Origin: a virus
Taxonomy: Duplodnaviria > Caudoviricetes
Length of the DNA stretch: 64,000 nt
Strand: one strand, 5' to 3'
IMG/VR virus record: IMGVR_UViG_3300027776_000009
The notes beneath the pieces were generated by a model, which was given only the letters and a program-made list of their open reading frames with translations, did not search any database and was not told the origin of the DNA. The position numbers were made by a program, and so were the translations under genes. Of the stretch, positions 46,806-58,232 are shown piece by piece; position 1 is the stretch's first letter; every line of letters starts with the position of its first letter.

Positions 46806-49007
46806 CTAACGACCCGGGAACCGCCGTGAGAGATTAGTCCCTCGCCAGGGACCGGGGCTCGCACGTGTTTGTATACGAGCCTGCGCCATACGATTACGCG
46901 CTGTCCGCGCATCTTCAAACAGTTTATCCAGCGTCATATAGCCTTGCGACCGTTCTGGGACACGCTCGTAAAGCGCTCTCATCCGGTGTTCCAACTGCTG
47001 AATGCGTATGGGGTCTCGTGTTTCAGAGAGTTCATCCGCGAGTTCTTCCAGTAAGAGTTTCGCCCGTGACTGCTGTTCATCCATGTAAGCATCGTACGGA
47101 GTCACCGCCTTCTTAACCACGCCTACGTCGTCATCAAACTCGCACGATTCCGACAAGGTGTTATCCAATCCATAGAACCGATGATTCTTACTGACGGTTA
47201 GGAACCAAACCCCTAGCAGCCAGGCAATGACTGTATCGTCGTGCAAACCATTCGTGTGATCAATGCGCCCATTCTTTTCAACAAGCGCGGTGATTTCATC
47301 AATGAGGGTTTTATCGCGGCAGTTCTTGGCGCATAGCTTGGCAGCGCGAAGCAGGACGTCCGTGTATAATGAACTTCGACTAAACTTACCCGACCCCGAA
47401 GTAGTAAACCCAAACATAGCCTTTGATAACGTAATGTGTTTAGGATCACGTCGTGAGAGGTTTTGTTGAATGTACCGATAGTCCTTCTCGTGCTCGACCG
47501 AATCATCCACGATTTGGTTGTAGATTCTTCGGAAGGGATCGATTCCGGCGGCAATTAACATCGTGGTAATCATGTCAATGATGGATGGACCCGATGAACG
47601 CCTTTCTGGAATAATGACCATGCGCTCATACTGGATCATTCGGTCTGCTAACCAGCGCGCAAAATCGTACAGATTAGTTTCGTTGACATTGGCGACCGCT
47701 AAAATCTCTACAGTGCGTGGATCCAAAAACACCAACGAAATACCATCCCGACCAACGGCATCGCTAGTATCAATGCCTACCACCGCGCCACGATCCGCTA
47801 ATAGTCCCGCTATTTCGTGTTCCTGAACATACCAACGAATGTTGTACCCTTCCGGGAAGTATTGGGTAAATACCGGTTCTGCTTCAGAATCCCGAATGGC
47901 TTTATTCAGCGAAGCTGAAAGCGGAGAACGCAAACTCCCCGATGTCCAAACGTTGAAGATATCGCGATCAGCCGCCTCCCCCGTCAGATCGTTTTCACGC
48001 ATGACGTTGTATGCCCACTCGTCAGTATACCCTAGCTGACGATGCGATAGTGTAATGTTGACCAACGGTTTGGTCCCCATACTACCACGTTCAACACGAC
48101 GGTGGAGCTGTGCTTCGTCTTCGGAATCCAGTAAGGATTCATTCCACGGGATCCCCCCATGAATCAGATTGAACGCGTACTTACCCTCACGGGAATCCAG
48201 CTTACCAGCCGTGGTCATAAAGACTGACCCATAAGGCATCCCCGCTGCTTTAGCTTCAGCGCGAGCCGCAGTACCCGCAGTGAGCATAGCAGGGATGGAA
48301 ATGTCTACATAGCTGACAAAAGCCACTTCGTCAATCTTACTCAACGGAGCTGTCAGTCCACGACCCACCTTCAGTGCTCCCGCTGGACTGTTCTGAGCCA
48401 CCTTGTAATTAATCCGGTTATTCCATTGCGTACATGCAATTTCGACGGTGTTATCCGGATCTTTCTTTGAGAAGGCTTGTAGATAATCAGGTAACAAAAT
48501 CCGCATCGTCTTAACACGTTCAACGTTTTCACTACGAAGCTCACTATCCTTGGTCAAGACGTTAATCAGCGCGTTACGTGCTCCGATAGTGACCAAATAA
48601 ACATCCAACATATCCGCCCCCGCCGACTTACCTGTCTGACGAGGTTGCACATTAGCGGGTGATACGTGAGCAAAGAAACACCAGTAGAAAGCAATGTTAC
48701 CACGATTCGCTCGAAAGGGTTTCCCATCCATAGACCCTTGAGGCGGGATACGCGCTACTTCTCGAAACCAGTACCACGGATTTCGGAAACATTCCATGGA
48801 GATCTTACTGCGTTGTTCCATGGATAGGTATGGACTGTGTGGGTCCACACCTTGTAATTCTGGTTGGTGCAGTGCAAGCAAAAACTTGTAGTTCTTAACC
48901 CCCATTTTGCGGTACTTCGCCGCAAGGTCAACAAATGTTCTGTTCTTGGTGTTATAATCAGGAATAGCAGTAGGATAGAGCTGCCAGTCTTTTTCAAAGA
49001 GGATCAT
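46806..49007 (-). CDS. terL: Terminase large subunit
   Basis: PRQTGKS, GRG, IDE, TTAG, GIDTS, ERRSSG, RIDH...HDD; start MILF after AGGAG. Confidence 0.93.
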   Translation of the reverse strand: MILFEKDWQLYPTAIPDYNTKNRTFVDLAAKYRKMGVKNYKFLLALHQPELQGVDPHSPYLSMEQRSKISMECFRNPWYWFREVARIPPQGSMDGKPFRANRGNIAFYWCFFAHVSPANVQPRQTGKSAGADMLDVYLVTIGARNALINVLTKDSELRSENVERVKTMRILLPDYLQAFSKKDPDNTVEIACTQWNNRINYKVAQNSPAGALKVGRGLTAPLSKIDEVAFVSYVDISIPAMLTAGTAARAEAKAAGMPYGSVFMTTAGKLDSREGKYAFNLIHGGIPWNESLLDSEDEAQLHRRVERGSMGTKPLVNITLSHRQLGYTDEWAYNVMRENDLTGEAADRDIFNVWTSGSLRSPLSASLNKAIRDSEAEPVFTQYFPEGYNIRWYVQEHEIAGLLADRGAVVGIDTSDAVGRDGISLVFLDPRTVEILAVANVNETNLYDFARWLADRMIQYERMVIIPERRSSGPSIIDMITTMLIAAGIDPFRRIYNQIVDDSVEHEKDYRYIQQNLSRRDPKHITLSKAMFGFTTSGSGKFSRSSLYTDVLLRAAKLCAKNCRDKTLIDEITALVEKNGRIDHTNGLHDDTVIAWLLGVWFLTVSKNHRFYGLDNTLSESCEFDDDVGVVKKAVTPYDAYMDEQQSRAKLLLEELADELSETRDPIRIQQLEHRMRALYERVPERSQGYMTLDKLFEDARTARNRMAQARIQTRASPGPWRGTNLSRRFPGR

Positions 49008-49061
49008 AAGCGTTCTCCTAATAGAGCAGATGTGGTGGTGTACCACCACATCTGCCATAGG

Positions 49062-50723
49062 TCATACCTTGAGTGTGAGTGACCCAATCCCCAACTCATA
49101 GTCCGTACTACCATCCCGAAGGAAGAACTCAAGTCGTACTGGCGTACCCTGTGTCAGGACTCCCGCGATCCCGTCAATCGGGATGTAGAAATCATGCAGA
49201 GCCACTTCTCGCATGAAACCATTAACCCGTATTCGGAAATGGGTTGGGGTTGGTGGAGTTACCTCAACCCCAGGCACCAGCAAGGGCTCTGTCGGGTAAT
49301 AAACCCGATCCAGCCAATCTTGAGTGTCCAGTAGATTCAGCGATACAGTCACCATGTGATCCAACGGATTGGAGGGATCGTCAGCTCGCGTCGCGATCAA
49401 TCCCGTCCCGTAAACGTGTCCGTTACTGTACTCCATTTGCCAGTAGTTTCCCGCCAGCGTGTTGGCGCCAGAAGCCTTCAGTTGAATAGAAAACGTCTGG
49501 ATAAAGCGGTACGGCAAGTACGCACCACTAACGTCGGCTAGATTCAAACTCGCCGTAATCGTTTGCCGGACATTCAGTAACCCTCCATTGAAAACACCCG
49601 TAGAGGGTGAGGTCTCAATAAACGACGTCACATCGATGACCGTTTGACGATTCATGTCGTACAGATAGTAATCCAACACCCAAGTCGAGGTGGGAACGAC
49701 TTGGTATCGCGGGACGATGAAGAGTTTGACGGTGTAGGCTCCATCGGCACCTGTAGTTCGAACACGATACGGAACTTGAATCTGGCGCGATCCCGAGGGG
49801 CCGTTAACACCGTATCCGTACTCATTCGGCTGGAGCGTATAAACCAAAATCAACGGCCTGGTCGGGGAGGGTTGACCTGCAATAGAGGCGCTGTACATAT
49901 CCAGCCCCATGATGCGCGCCCGTGATCCGTCAATGGGTAATGTTTCCACAGACGCGTCACTATAGAGCACCCGGCATTGGAGATTGGCGCTTTGCAGAAT
50001 CGCATTAACCGGGACTTCCAGCATCGAGGTATCTGTAACCGAAAGATACGGGGAAACCAGAGAGACCGACATGACAAAGCGTTTGACCGGATCATTGGAA
50101 TGGATGAAGTTGGTTTCAGCCACAACCAGTTTGTAGACCCCGGTTTTCACCCCGGCGGCTGTGTACACCACCGCAGTTACCAGTTCATTATCCGCCAAGC
50201 TTTCCGTTGCCCAGGCTTGTTCTGCAACCTTGGGTGTCGACACCAGTGGGATGTTCTCCGTAGTGAAGACAGACCCGTTCCACATCCCAGATACCACAGT
50301 TCCCGTCGGTCCGATGTCAGTACCCCGGAAAACCTTGATATAAGAGGCATTAGCGCCCGGGATATAGAGTCTGGATGAAATAGCCAGACGAGGGGGTGTC
50401 TCCCCGTTGTCTACATAGACACGGTAAGAATCGCTATGTCCTCCGGGACCGCTACCCAGCAGAACGTCCTCTTCCAATACCCCGCCATTCATCGTGGATA
50501 AAGGAACAAAGTCCAACGTGCTGAGCAGTGTTAATCCATCCACGCTTACCACGCGATAGAAACCCGTGTCCCAATCCAGCACCATGTCGTCCACATTAGG
50601 GACGTAGCGACCCGGCCCCGCTGGACCCGTGTAGATCTGCGAGATGTTCCACACCCGGAACCCTCGCGCGGCATCCGGTTCAATAGGTACGACCGTAGGC
50701 ATGTTATCCCCCAATATCGACAA
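49062..50723 (-). CDS. Virion (baseplate) protein, phiKZ gp26-like
   Basis: 553 aa, directly upstream of terminase. Confidence 0.7.
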   Translation of the reverse strand: MSILGDNMPTVVPIEPDAARGFRVWNISQIYTGPAGPGRYVPNVDDMVLDWDTGFYRVVSVDGLTLLSTLDFVPLSTMNGGVLEEDVLLGSGPGGHSDSYRVYVDNGETPPRLAISSRLYIPGANASYIKVFRGTDIGPTGTVVSGMWNGSVFTTENIPLVSTPKVAEQAWATESLADNELVTAVVYTAAGVKTGVYKLVVAETNFIHSNDPVKRFVMSVSLVSPYLSVTDTSMLEVPVNAILQSANLQCRVLYSDASVETLPIDGSRARIMGLDMYSASIAGQPSPTRPLILVYTLQPNEYGYGVNGPSGSRQIQVPYRVRTTGADGAYTVKLFIVPRYQVVPTSTWVLDYYLYDMNRQTVIDVTSFIETSPSTGVFNGGLLNVRQTITASLNLADVSGAYLPYRFIQTFSIQLKASGANTLAGNYWQMEYSNGHVYGTGLIATRADDPSNPLDHMVTVSLNLLDTQDWLDRVYYPTEPLLVPGVEVTPPTPTHFRIRVNGFMREVALHDFYIPIDGIAGVLTQGTPVRLEFFLRDGSTDYELGIGSLTLKV

Positions 50724-53418
50724 AATAAGACAAGTCTGTTTGCTGGTTCAGATACAGACGAATAACCGCTTCAACAAAAGCGTATTGCTTGCTGGTCAGC
50801 GTAACGATGTCCGAATACGGATGTGGGTAAACCACTTGATACGCAAAGTCAAACCCCTGAACACAGGGATCAAAGTCCAGCAAATCCTTGTACGGAGTCA
50901 CCCATCCCTCGATGTCACCATCGGTGTACGGAGTATCGAACAAGGTAGCATTGATAGCTCCCGAAAGTACTGCGTGAATAATTGCACTACAGAAGGGACT
51001 AAAGGCTTCCCAACGTTCAGTGACAATGTGCGGATGCAGAGGGGGGACTTCGGGAAGCCGTGTGTTCAGATACGTCATCACCCGTGCATCTAAATCCAGC
51101 GAGTCTTCCCGATAAGGAACCAAAGTTTTATCCGTAAAGTTCTCTACCGGGATCAGGTAGTCCGATACCATGTACGGTCGGCCATCCGTTTGTAATAACC
51201 CTCCCGGTGCTTCGGAGAAACGGACCACGTCACGATCTTTGATTTCGCCGGCGACGCTAACTCGGAATGCACGATCGTTGCGGATATCATACCGTGCGTT
51301 AACCGAGGCAATGCCTTGTTTGATATACCCCACGTCACGAGGTTCGTAAGGCTGACACGTTTGAGGATTAGCAGGTCCATACGCACGAATCACAATGTCT
51401 GAATCATCACCAAGTCCGGCACTTCGCCGATAGATGACAACTCTGGGCCACCGCAGGTAGTAATCCACATTCGGAATTAGCAAGAAGCCATCTAGGTAGA
51501 CATCGACAGCACCTGCGGGAATCGATAGCGGGCGGGTAACAGGACCCCCCATCCACACAGTGTCACCTTCCAAGACAATGTCAATCACGCCATCTGTGGA
51601 CAGAGTGTTTGCGGTTGCAGTATGGACATAGTGGGTCTTCAGGATCTTCACCGCTGGATACATATTGGCGAATGACAACAGGTAGTTGTTCCAGTCTATC
51701 TTGGGTAGGTACCCATTCCCAGCGTCACCCTCGGGGGCGTATGTATAGAACGCAGTATCCGTGACGTCTTCCCAGATTTCTGACGGGACACCTCCCACGA
51801 TAGGGCAAGCGTAGCATCGAAACCCGTACTGAGCGAGTTCCTTAGATGAAACGTCGCTATCAAAGACAACACCGTCATCTGTTCCGCTGATGACCGCGTT
51901 AAAGCATTCCACCAAATCCGCATCGCTGTACAGAGCTGGGAGCTGAACTTCGTCCACCAGCCCGCTGTCTTGAGAGTACCCCACCAGCTTACCTTCTTGG
52001 TAATAGTAGAAGCCCCTAACTCCCATCCCGGTTGCTTTATCCGATATGTTGAGAATGTTCGGGATATTGATGAAGACACGCGGCCCGTCCATATACGTTT
52101 GACAGAGGGGGTCGGCTACTGCTTTCACAGCAGCATTGTACCCATATGCACCCTCCGTCAGGCCGCGCGTGATATTAGCAACCGACGAGCGCATCAGTCG
52201 ATTATAATCCGAGGCCTCAAGCTGTGCCGCCTGCCACTCTGGCACCTGCGTATTCGTGAGACTCATCGCTTCTTTGATTTGGGACAGCGAAAGCTTGTAC
52301 AGTTCATCGACTCGTGATGCCTGAGGATACAATCCTCGCACCATCCCCCCTTCCCGAACAACGACCATTATTTCTACATCGCCGGTCAGTAGGTCGGAGT
52401 GGGCATCGATCAATGTCTGTATCTGAGCAACGTGCACCGAGTAGGCCGTATGGGTCAACTGCCTGACCGATGAAACGGTTTTCCGTGGAAAGTAAACCCC
52501 CTTGAACTCACTTCCCGTTCCGGGTTTTACTAAAAACAGGTCCGCATCATCGTGAAAGTCAATCATGGTGTACGGAGGCGGTAAAACCACGGCACACTTT
52601 TGGACCGTGTGATCCAGTATGCTGGTGAAGACCAAGAGCGACGATAAAGGGGTTCGAACAATCCTTTTAATTGTTGCATCATACACCATGGTGAGTGTTT
52701 TACCTTGCCAGACGGTTGACCAACCAATCGGATCAGAACAGACGTACCCGTCGGTGTAGAACACACCTGCTCCTTGACCATTATACCGAGTTATGATCAC
52801 ACTCTTTTCGTAAGTGAAATCGACAAAATCGGCTTCACTCCCGATATAGCGGGACAGGATTGCGATGGCTGAGGTTGGTAGGGGAGATAGTCTTTCCCAC
52901 TCCAGAGTATCCACTCGTGCGTTGCTGTAAAACCGGATGGTCAGAGCAACATTGTTAAGTGATACGGGGCGAGTATTTACTCCCCCGATGGATTCGTCGT
53001 AGTAAGACTCTGTCCCCAAGTTATAGCCAGCGCGCATTTTGACAGCCACAATCAGATTTTTATCCCGATTCCGGCGGATGTAAATATCGCTAGGCGCCAG
53101 CTTACATCCGTTCTGCACAACCCCCTCAGCAATCATCTCCGTTGAGATCGAAAGAGTAGCGAAGTCTACCCATGTCTCGTAGTCAAGTTCAAACTTGAAG
53201 ATCTCCGGCGGCAATTGTCCAATCTGATAGACGTGGAACAATGCCGAAACCCCCGGCGTATCGAAATCTGGGAGAGGAATAGCTTCACCCAGCACTCTTG
53301 CGTATCGCAGCACGCCGCTGCCCGCGGTGATTCGCGCCGGAGAAAACGTGTACTGATAATCTTGAATCGGCTCACACCAGAGATTAACCAGTGCGTGATT
53401 CCGCAGATAGTCTGCCAT
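50704..53418 (-). CDS. Virion (baseplate) protein, phiKZ gp27-like
   Basis: 904 aa; N.WC.P.QD N-terminus, GYNA; synteny. Confidence 0.7.
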   Translation of the reverse strand: MADYLRNHALVNLWCEPIQDYQYTFSPARITAGSGVLRYARVLGEAIPLPDFDTPGVSALFHVYQIGQLPPEIFKFELDYETWVDFATLSISTEMIAEGVVQNGCKLAPSDIYIRRNRDKNLIVAVKMRAGYNLGTESYYDESIGGVNTRPVSLNNVALTIRFYSNARVDTLEWERLSPLPTSAIAILSRYIGSEADFVDFTYEKSVIITRYNGQGAGVFYTDGYVCSDPIGWSTVWQGKTLTMVYDATIKRIVRTPLSSLLVFTSILDHTVQKCAVVLPPPYTMIDFHDDADLFLVKPGTGSEFKGVYFPRKTVSSVRQLTHTAYSVHVAQIQTLIDAHSDLLTGDVEIMVVVREGGMVRGLYPQASRVDELYKLSLSQIKEAMSLTNTQVPEWQAAQLEASDYNRLMRSSVANITRGLTEGAYGYNAAVKAVADPLCQTYMDGPRVFINIPNILNISDKATGMGVRGFYYYQEGKLVGYSQDSGLVDEVQLPALYSDADLVECFNAVISGTDDGVVFDSDVSSKELAQYGFRCYACPIVGGVPSEIWEDVTDTAFYTYAPEGDAGNGYLPKIDWNNYLLSFANMYPAVKILKTHYVHTATANTLSTDGVIDIVLEGDTVWMGGPVTRPLSIPAGAVDVYLDGFLLIPNVDYYLRWPRVVIYRRSAGLGDDSDIVIRAYGPANPQTCQPYEPRDVGYIKQGIASVNARYDIRNDRAFRVSVAGEIKDRDVVRFSEAPGGLLQTDGRPYMVSDYLIPVENFTDKTLVPYREDSLDLDARVMTYLNTRLPEVPPLHPHIVTERWEAFSPFCSAIIHAVLSGAINATLFDTPYTDGDIEGWVTPYKDLLDFDPCVQGFDFAYQVVYPHPYSDIVTLTSKQYAFVEAVIRLYLNQQTDLSYFVDIGG

Positions 53419-53437
53419 ACCCCCCCCCTACATGTGG

Positions 53438-54442
53438 TTACCAGCTACCTGTAGCCAGATCATACAACCGAGTGGTAAAGTGTTTAGATTCATCACCCTG
53501 ACTACGCATCAGCTGTTGAGCAATATCGCCAATGCCCGTTTTGTTCACACCGCGTTCCTTGGTGGCCAGCAGCACCAGCGTCATCCACGTCGGCAAATGT
53601 TCCATAGCCACCCGCACAACTTCACCCGGAATCCCTCTCAGCCAACTGCCTTCAATAGCCGCATACAACACAGGGAGATTAAAGCGGTCTGCTTCAAAAC
53701 GCAAGCTTTGCGTGTGGTTTACCAACAGATTTACCAGATCTTCCGTATTGTTGGCGCGCGGCAAATCCCCAATCACTGATACGATATCATTCACTGAGAA
53801 ATTGCCGGCGCGACTGATCAAGGTCGATGCGCGCAACAGGTCGCGTTCTGACAACGGATCGCTTGACATGATTTGAGTGTCAAGCGCCATGCAGAAATAA
53901 AAGTACCCTACCAAAATCGCGACTCGCATCTGGACTTCGGGCGGTAAGGCCAAACGGCGCGTCAGCGCTTGACTGATCCAGCGCATGTAAATAGTCATAG
54001 GCCAGATACCCAGACCTAAGATGTCCGACCCCGGGGTGTCGGAGCGCAGCGATTTGTGAATCAGGATAGCACGCCAAGCCCACATTTGGTGCTCGATACT
54101 CCCGCCAATTCGGTACCCCATTCCTTCACCCAGCGGGGTCGTGCACGCCCGCAAGTCCAGATAAATCCCATCCGCCTCCGGATACCCCGGGCGATCGCGG
54201 GACGGACGCATCACCACAATGGGGTGCGCAAAAGGTTTAATACCAGAATCTCCATGTACCAAACCGTAAACTCCCGGCATGGGTTTTCCATCCACCGGGC
54301 TATTCACTGGGAATATCTGATCCTGAGAGGTTAGACGGGTTTCCCGCAGCGCCTTCACCGTGGGCTGAATGACATAATGCAAACACGGAATAGTATCGAA
54401 GGGGTTGATGATCATAACTGCACACTCTCTGTTTGTCCGCAT
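53438..54442 (-). CDS. Virion protein, phiKZ gp28-like
   Basis: PF.T, PFAHP, A.EH.PT motifs; diverges from the sheath gene. Confidence 0.65.
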   Translation of the reverse strand: MRTNRECAVMIINPFDTIPCLHYVIQPTVKALRETRLTSQDQIFPVNSPVDGKPMPGVYGLVHGDSGIKPFAHPIVVMRPSRDRPGYPEADGIYLDLRACTTPLGEGMGYRIGGSIEHQMWAWRAILIHKSLRSDTPGSDILGLGIWPMTIYMRWISQALTRRLALPPEVQMRVAILVGYFYFCMALDTQIMSSDPLSERDLLRASTLISRAGNFSVNDIVSVIGDLPRANNTEDLVNLLVNHTQSLRFEADRFNLPVLYAAIEGSWLRGIPGEVVRVAMEHLPTWMTLVLLATKERGVNKTGIGDIAQQLMRSQGDESKHFTTRLYDLATGSW

Positions 54443-54526
54443 GAATGGCGGTAGAAGTTAACATTATGATGTGTGTCCACCCACACATCGTACATAGAAT
54501 CCGCAACGCTATGGAGACATGCTCCC

Positions 54527-56911
54527 ATGAGTGATAATCTCAAGGCTACACCGCGGGCAATTCTGAGAGGTATCCGAGATACCACTCGCGCCCAAGTTAC
54601 ACCTGTTCCCGAACTGTTGCCGCAGCACCTGCCCCTTGTGTTTCACTTCATGGAGCGGGGCGATGCAACCACCCCTCATATTGCCATCAGCGACGAGTTT
54701 AACCAACTCTTCGGTAGCAAGTCGGTTGACCTGCAAGGCAAATACGCCAACCATGCGACGGTTCTTGCCAACCTGCAAACCAGTACCGGCAACCTGATCA
54801 TGTGGAAGCGCCTGAAGCCCGATGCCGCCAAGACCGCTATGCTGCGGATCTCGGTGGAAGTCATTCCCGCACTGGTTCCCGTTTGGGAACGTGAGCTCGG
54901 TACCGGGGCTTACAAGTACAACGCGCTGGGGCAACGTATCCAGGCAACCCACCTGGTCGACTCGACTCCCACCTATGTGGTCGGCCAGCGGCTGATCTGG
55001 CGCACGGATCTGACCCCGTATGCCACGAATGCGCTGAAAGCATTTGGTGGCGGGGCAACCATCAGTGACGTACGCGACGGCGCCACCACGTTGGATGAAA
55101 CCAACGCTCCGCTGTCCACACTGTTTACCAATCCTGCCTCGGGTGACGGTGTGGCAGTTAAGTCCAAAGTCTATCCTTGGATGGATTTGGAAGTTTCAAC
55201 CTTCGGTGATTACGGCAACAACGTCGGGGTTCGCCTGTGGGCTCCGAACGCAGCGGATCTGCTGCCGGGAAATCCGACACTGATGAATCAGATTCAATCC
55301 TACCTGTACCGGATTGCACTGATTGAACGACCGGACGCCGTATCGTCTTCTGTGGTGCAGGAAACTCTTGCAGGTGACCAATACCTCGATCTGTCGTTCT
55401 TGGACGGCATCGTGCACCCCGTGACCGCGCAGGATCTGTCTGTGGACAGCGCCATCATTGATCGCTACGAATCCAAGAACCTGTCGGGCTTCAACCCGGT
55501 CTACGGTCCCTTTGGTCGCGTTCATGTCTATCGTTCTCAGATTGCTGCCGTATTGCAACTGTTGGCGGATGGCGGCGAAATGGTTCGCAAAACCGCGAAC
55601 GGGACGGGTACACCGACGATCGGCGAAGGGGCTTACGACGAATCTTATATCCCGTTGCAAATCACTCCGACGGCTACCTTCAGCCCGCGCGGCGATAACT
55701 GGCGCTTTGCGACGACCACCAACGCTCCGATTCCGGAACATCGTCCTCTGCTGAATCCCTTCACGGGTAAGGATCAGTACGGAGTTCCCTATTACACCTT
55801 CGACGTGGAAGCTTCCACCAACTTTGGTGGCGCACTGATTGGTCCGAATACAGATCTCTTCGCAGTGGGTGGTGACGATGGTCTGCCATTGGATTCCCAT
55901 GGGAAGCCCGATAAGCTGAACATCCTGAAGCTGTATGACCAGTTGGTCGCGGCTGAACTCACCAACTTTGGCAACGTGGCAGCCACAGGCTGGGCGGGTA
56001 AGGATATGCTGAAGTATCCCTTCCGCTGTATCCATGATACTGGATTCTCGCTGTCTACCAAGATGAAGATGCTCATTCCGGTTTCACGCCGGAAGGATGT
56101 GGGCATTTTCTGGACCCCGCAATCCATCGCTGAATGGTCTGACGCACAGCATCCGTCGGCTGGCGGGAATGTCTGGAGTTATCGTCCGCTGAACACCGCG
56201 GCAGAGGACAACGCAATTGCCAGCATCCTGCGTCAGACGGCACAAGCTTATCCGGAATCGGAAATCTACGGTACTCCGTGTGTCCGCGCGGTATTCTGGG
56301 GTCGAGCAGGCTATCTGAATAACTCGTTGTACACAGGACTGCTCCCGCTGTCCGTCGAACGGGGTTACAAGATGGCGGCCTATATGGGTGCTGCGGATGG
56401 TCGCTGGGCATCAGGTCAGCGGTTCGATGAAAACCCTGGCAACATTGTGTCGCTCTTCCGCGATATCAATGTGGTTTACAGTGACGACGATCAAGCCGAC
56501 AGCGACTGGGAACAGGGGTTGAACTGGGTGCAATCGTTTGATACTCGGCAGGTCTTCTGGCCGTCGTCACAGACCGTCTATCCGGACGATACGTCGGTGC
56601 TGAACAGCGCTCTGATGATGCTGGCTTGCTGTGAAGTGGAGCTGGTGTGCCAGCGCGTCTGGGCTCGTCTGACGGGTAACAGCAGCCTGACGGAAGACCA
56701 GTTCATTGAACGCAGTAATACCCTGATCTCGGAAGCACTGGCTGGTCGTTTTGACAACAACTTTGTCTTCGAGCCGGAAACCTATTTCACCTCGACGGAT
56801 CGTCAGCTCGGCTGGCGCTGGTCCACCAAGGTGAAGATCTATGGCAACACCATGAAGACGGTGGGTGTCATGACGGTCGAATCCCATAACCTGTCGGAGC
56901 TGACGGCGTAA
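54527..56911 (+). CDS. Tail sheath protein
   Basis: PQHLPL...ERG, F..LFG, DTGF....K, C-terminal G.SW/KTV region; followed by the tube gene. Confidence 0.88.
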   Translation: MSDNLKATPRAILRGIRDTTRAQVTPVPELLPQHLPLVFHFMERGDATTPHIAISDEFNQLFGSKSVDLQGKYANHATVLANLQTSTGNLIMWKRLKPDAAKTAMLRISVEVIPALVPVWERELGTGAYKYNALGQRIQATHLVDSTPTYVVGQRLIWRTDLTPYATNALKAFGGGATISDVRDGATTLDETNAPLSTLFTNPASGDGVAVKSKVYPWMDLEVSTFGDYGNNVGVRLWAPNAADLLPGNPTLMNQIQSYLYRIALIERPDAVSSSVVQETLAGDQYLDLSFLDGIVHPVTAQDLSVDSAIIDRYESKNLSGFNPVYGPFGRVHVYRSQIAAVLQLLADGGEMVRKTANGTGTPTIGEGAYDESYIPLQITPTATFSPRGDNWRFATTTNAPIPEHRPLLNPFTGKDQYGVPYYTFDVEASTNFGGALIGPNTDLFAVGGDDGLPLDSHGKPDKLNILKLYDQLVAAELTNFGNVAATGWAGKDMLKYPFRCIHDTGFSLSTKMKMLIPVSRRKDVGIFWTPQSIAEWSDAQHPSAGGNVWSYRPLNTAAEDNAIASILRQTAQAYPESEIYGTPCVRAVFWGRAGYLNNSLYTGLLPLSVERGYKMAAYMGAADGRWASGQRFDENPGNIVSLFRDINVVYSDDDQADSDWEQGLNWVQSFDTRQVFWPSSQTVYPDDTSVLNSALMMLACCEVELVCQRVWARLTGNSSLTEDQFIERSNTLISEALAGRFDNNFVFEPETYFTSTDRQLGWRWSTKVKIYGNTMKTVGVMTVESHNLSELTA

Positions 56912-56940
56912 GCCGTTAGTTCCTCCTTCTGGAGAACGCT

Positions 56941-57810
56941 ATGAGCAGAATCGCTGGAACGATTCTTGGTCAAGAGGCCTACGGCATTGGTCGTGGAACC
57001 CCGATGGTCGACATTCAGCAGGGTGGTCAGTTCGGTTTTCAACCCGAGTTTACCCAGATGGCTTCGAACACGCTGTACGTTCGTCGTAATCTGGTGGCTC
57101 GACTGATCAGTGCCCCTGCTGCCTTCAAGTATCTCCCCAATGCTGACAAACTGAACGCTACGTTGAAAGCACTGGTGGAAATGTGGCCGCAAACCATTGA
57201 AGGGCTGAAGTCTACACTCACCACGGATTACGAAGACACCCCCTTCGGTCCGGCGGGTGAAATGATTCAAGCCTGGAAGAGCACTCGTCGTGCTCGGTCC
57301 GAACCTCAGTTCACCTACGGGGCAGAACTGCTGGGTCGACCGATGACGACCTTCTTCAACTACTGGGTGGAATGGCTGCTGGGTAGCGCCGATACGCAAA
57401 CCCCGCTGATCTCTACCTTGGCGGATAAACCGCTTCAACTGCTTCAGTCCGATGTATCGATGGTGGTTCTGTTCTTTGAACCGAACGCCACGTTCACCAG
57501 CATCGACAAGGCCTGGTTGTCGGGTAACATGGCTCCCATGGGTGAGTTGCCTCCGATTGAAGGAAAGAAAGATCCGACTGCCGAAGGTGAGAAGATCCAG
57601 ATCCAACTCAACTGGACGGCAACAACCATGGTGGGTCAAGGCGTGAACCAATTGGCTCAGAAGTTCTTGAGTCAGATGAGTCTGACGGGTGCTAACCCGA
57701 ACATGCGTCAAGCGTTCATGCAGGATATCTCGGCTGATGTCAAGGCTGCGGATTCCGGCATCGCGGAAGAAATCGCGAATGCTGCGCGCACTGTGGTGCA
57801 ACCGACCTAA
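56941..57810 (+). CDS. Tail tube protein
   Basis: GGQFG, YVRRN, GL.STLT, R.RS.P; follows the sheath gene. Confidence 0.85.
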   Translation: MSRIAGTILGQEAYGIGRGTPMVDIQQGGQFGFQPEFTQMASNTLYVRRNLVARLISAPAAFKYLPNADKLNATLKALVEMWPQTIEGLKSTLTTDYEDTPFGPAGEMIQAWKSTRRARSEPQFTYGAELLGRPMTTFFNYWVEWLLGSADTQTPLISTLADKPLQLLQSDVSMVVLFFEPNATFTSIDKAWLSGNMAPMGELPPIEGKKDPTAEGEKIQIQLNWTATTMVGQGVNQLAQKFLSQMSLTGANPNMRQAFMQDISADVKAADSGIAEEIANAARTVVQPT

Positions 57811-57817
57811 CGGTCAA

Positions 57818-57852
57818 CATAGAGGCTGGGCAGTTGCCCAGCCTCTATGCCG
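57818..57852 (+). terminator. Hairpin + TATGCCG 3' signal after the tube gene
   Basis: CATAGAGGCTGGGCA-GT-TGCCCAGCCTCTATG followed by CCG. Confidence 0.75.
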
Positions 57853-57893
57853 TATACCAAAAAAAAAAGAGTGGGACCCGAAGGTCCCGGATG

Positions 57894-58232
57894 TTACTCC
57901 TCATCCAGCCGGGCAAACAGCCGGCTGGATTTCGCGTCAATCCCGCCAAGGTACAGAAGCCCACAGGCTTCCTCCGGCTGGATACGCTCAATCAATCCAT
58001 TAAGATGACAGGCGGGGAAAACGCCTTTGGTGAAGTAAACACCGTTGAGCGGAATGTCGATGTCACCGTGAGCGATCTCAGCGGGGTGTCGCGTGACCAC
58101 CACGTCGCCGTCCTCCAGACGGATCGCATGGCCGAGGACCTTACCATTGCGGATAGCAACGGAGTCTAGGTCAGTGAAGCAGATAGGCTGATACCGCCCA
58201 TCGCGAGTATTGCCAGCATGGATAATTGCCAT
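57894..58232 (-). CDS. Hypothetical (likely early) protein
   Basis: AAGGAGG RBS; promoter motif at 58288-58305; terminator downstream. Confidence 0.6.
   Translation of the reverse strand: MAIIHAGNTRDGRYQPICFTDLDSVAIRNGKVLGHAIRLEDGDVVVTRHPAEIAHGDIDIPLNGVYFTKGVFPACHLNGLIERIQPEEACGLLYLGGIDAKSSRLFARLDEE

Noticed and set aside
55196-57801. 279 and 320 aa antisense ORFs over sheath and tube
   Set aside because: Shadow ORFs.
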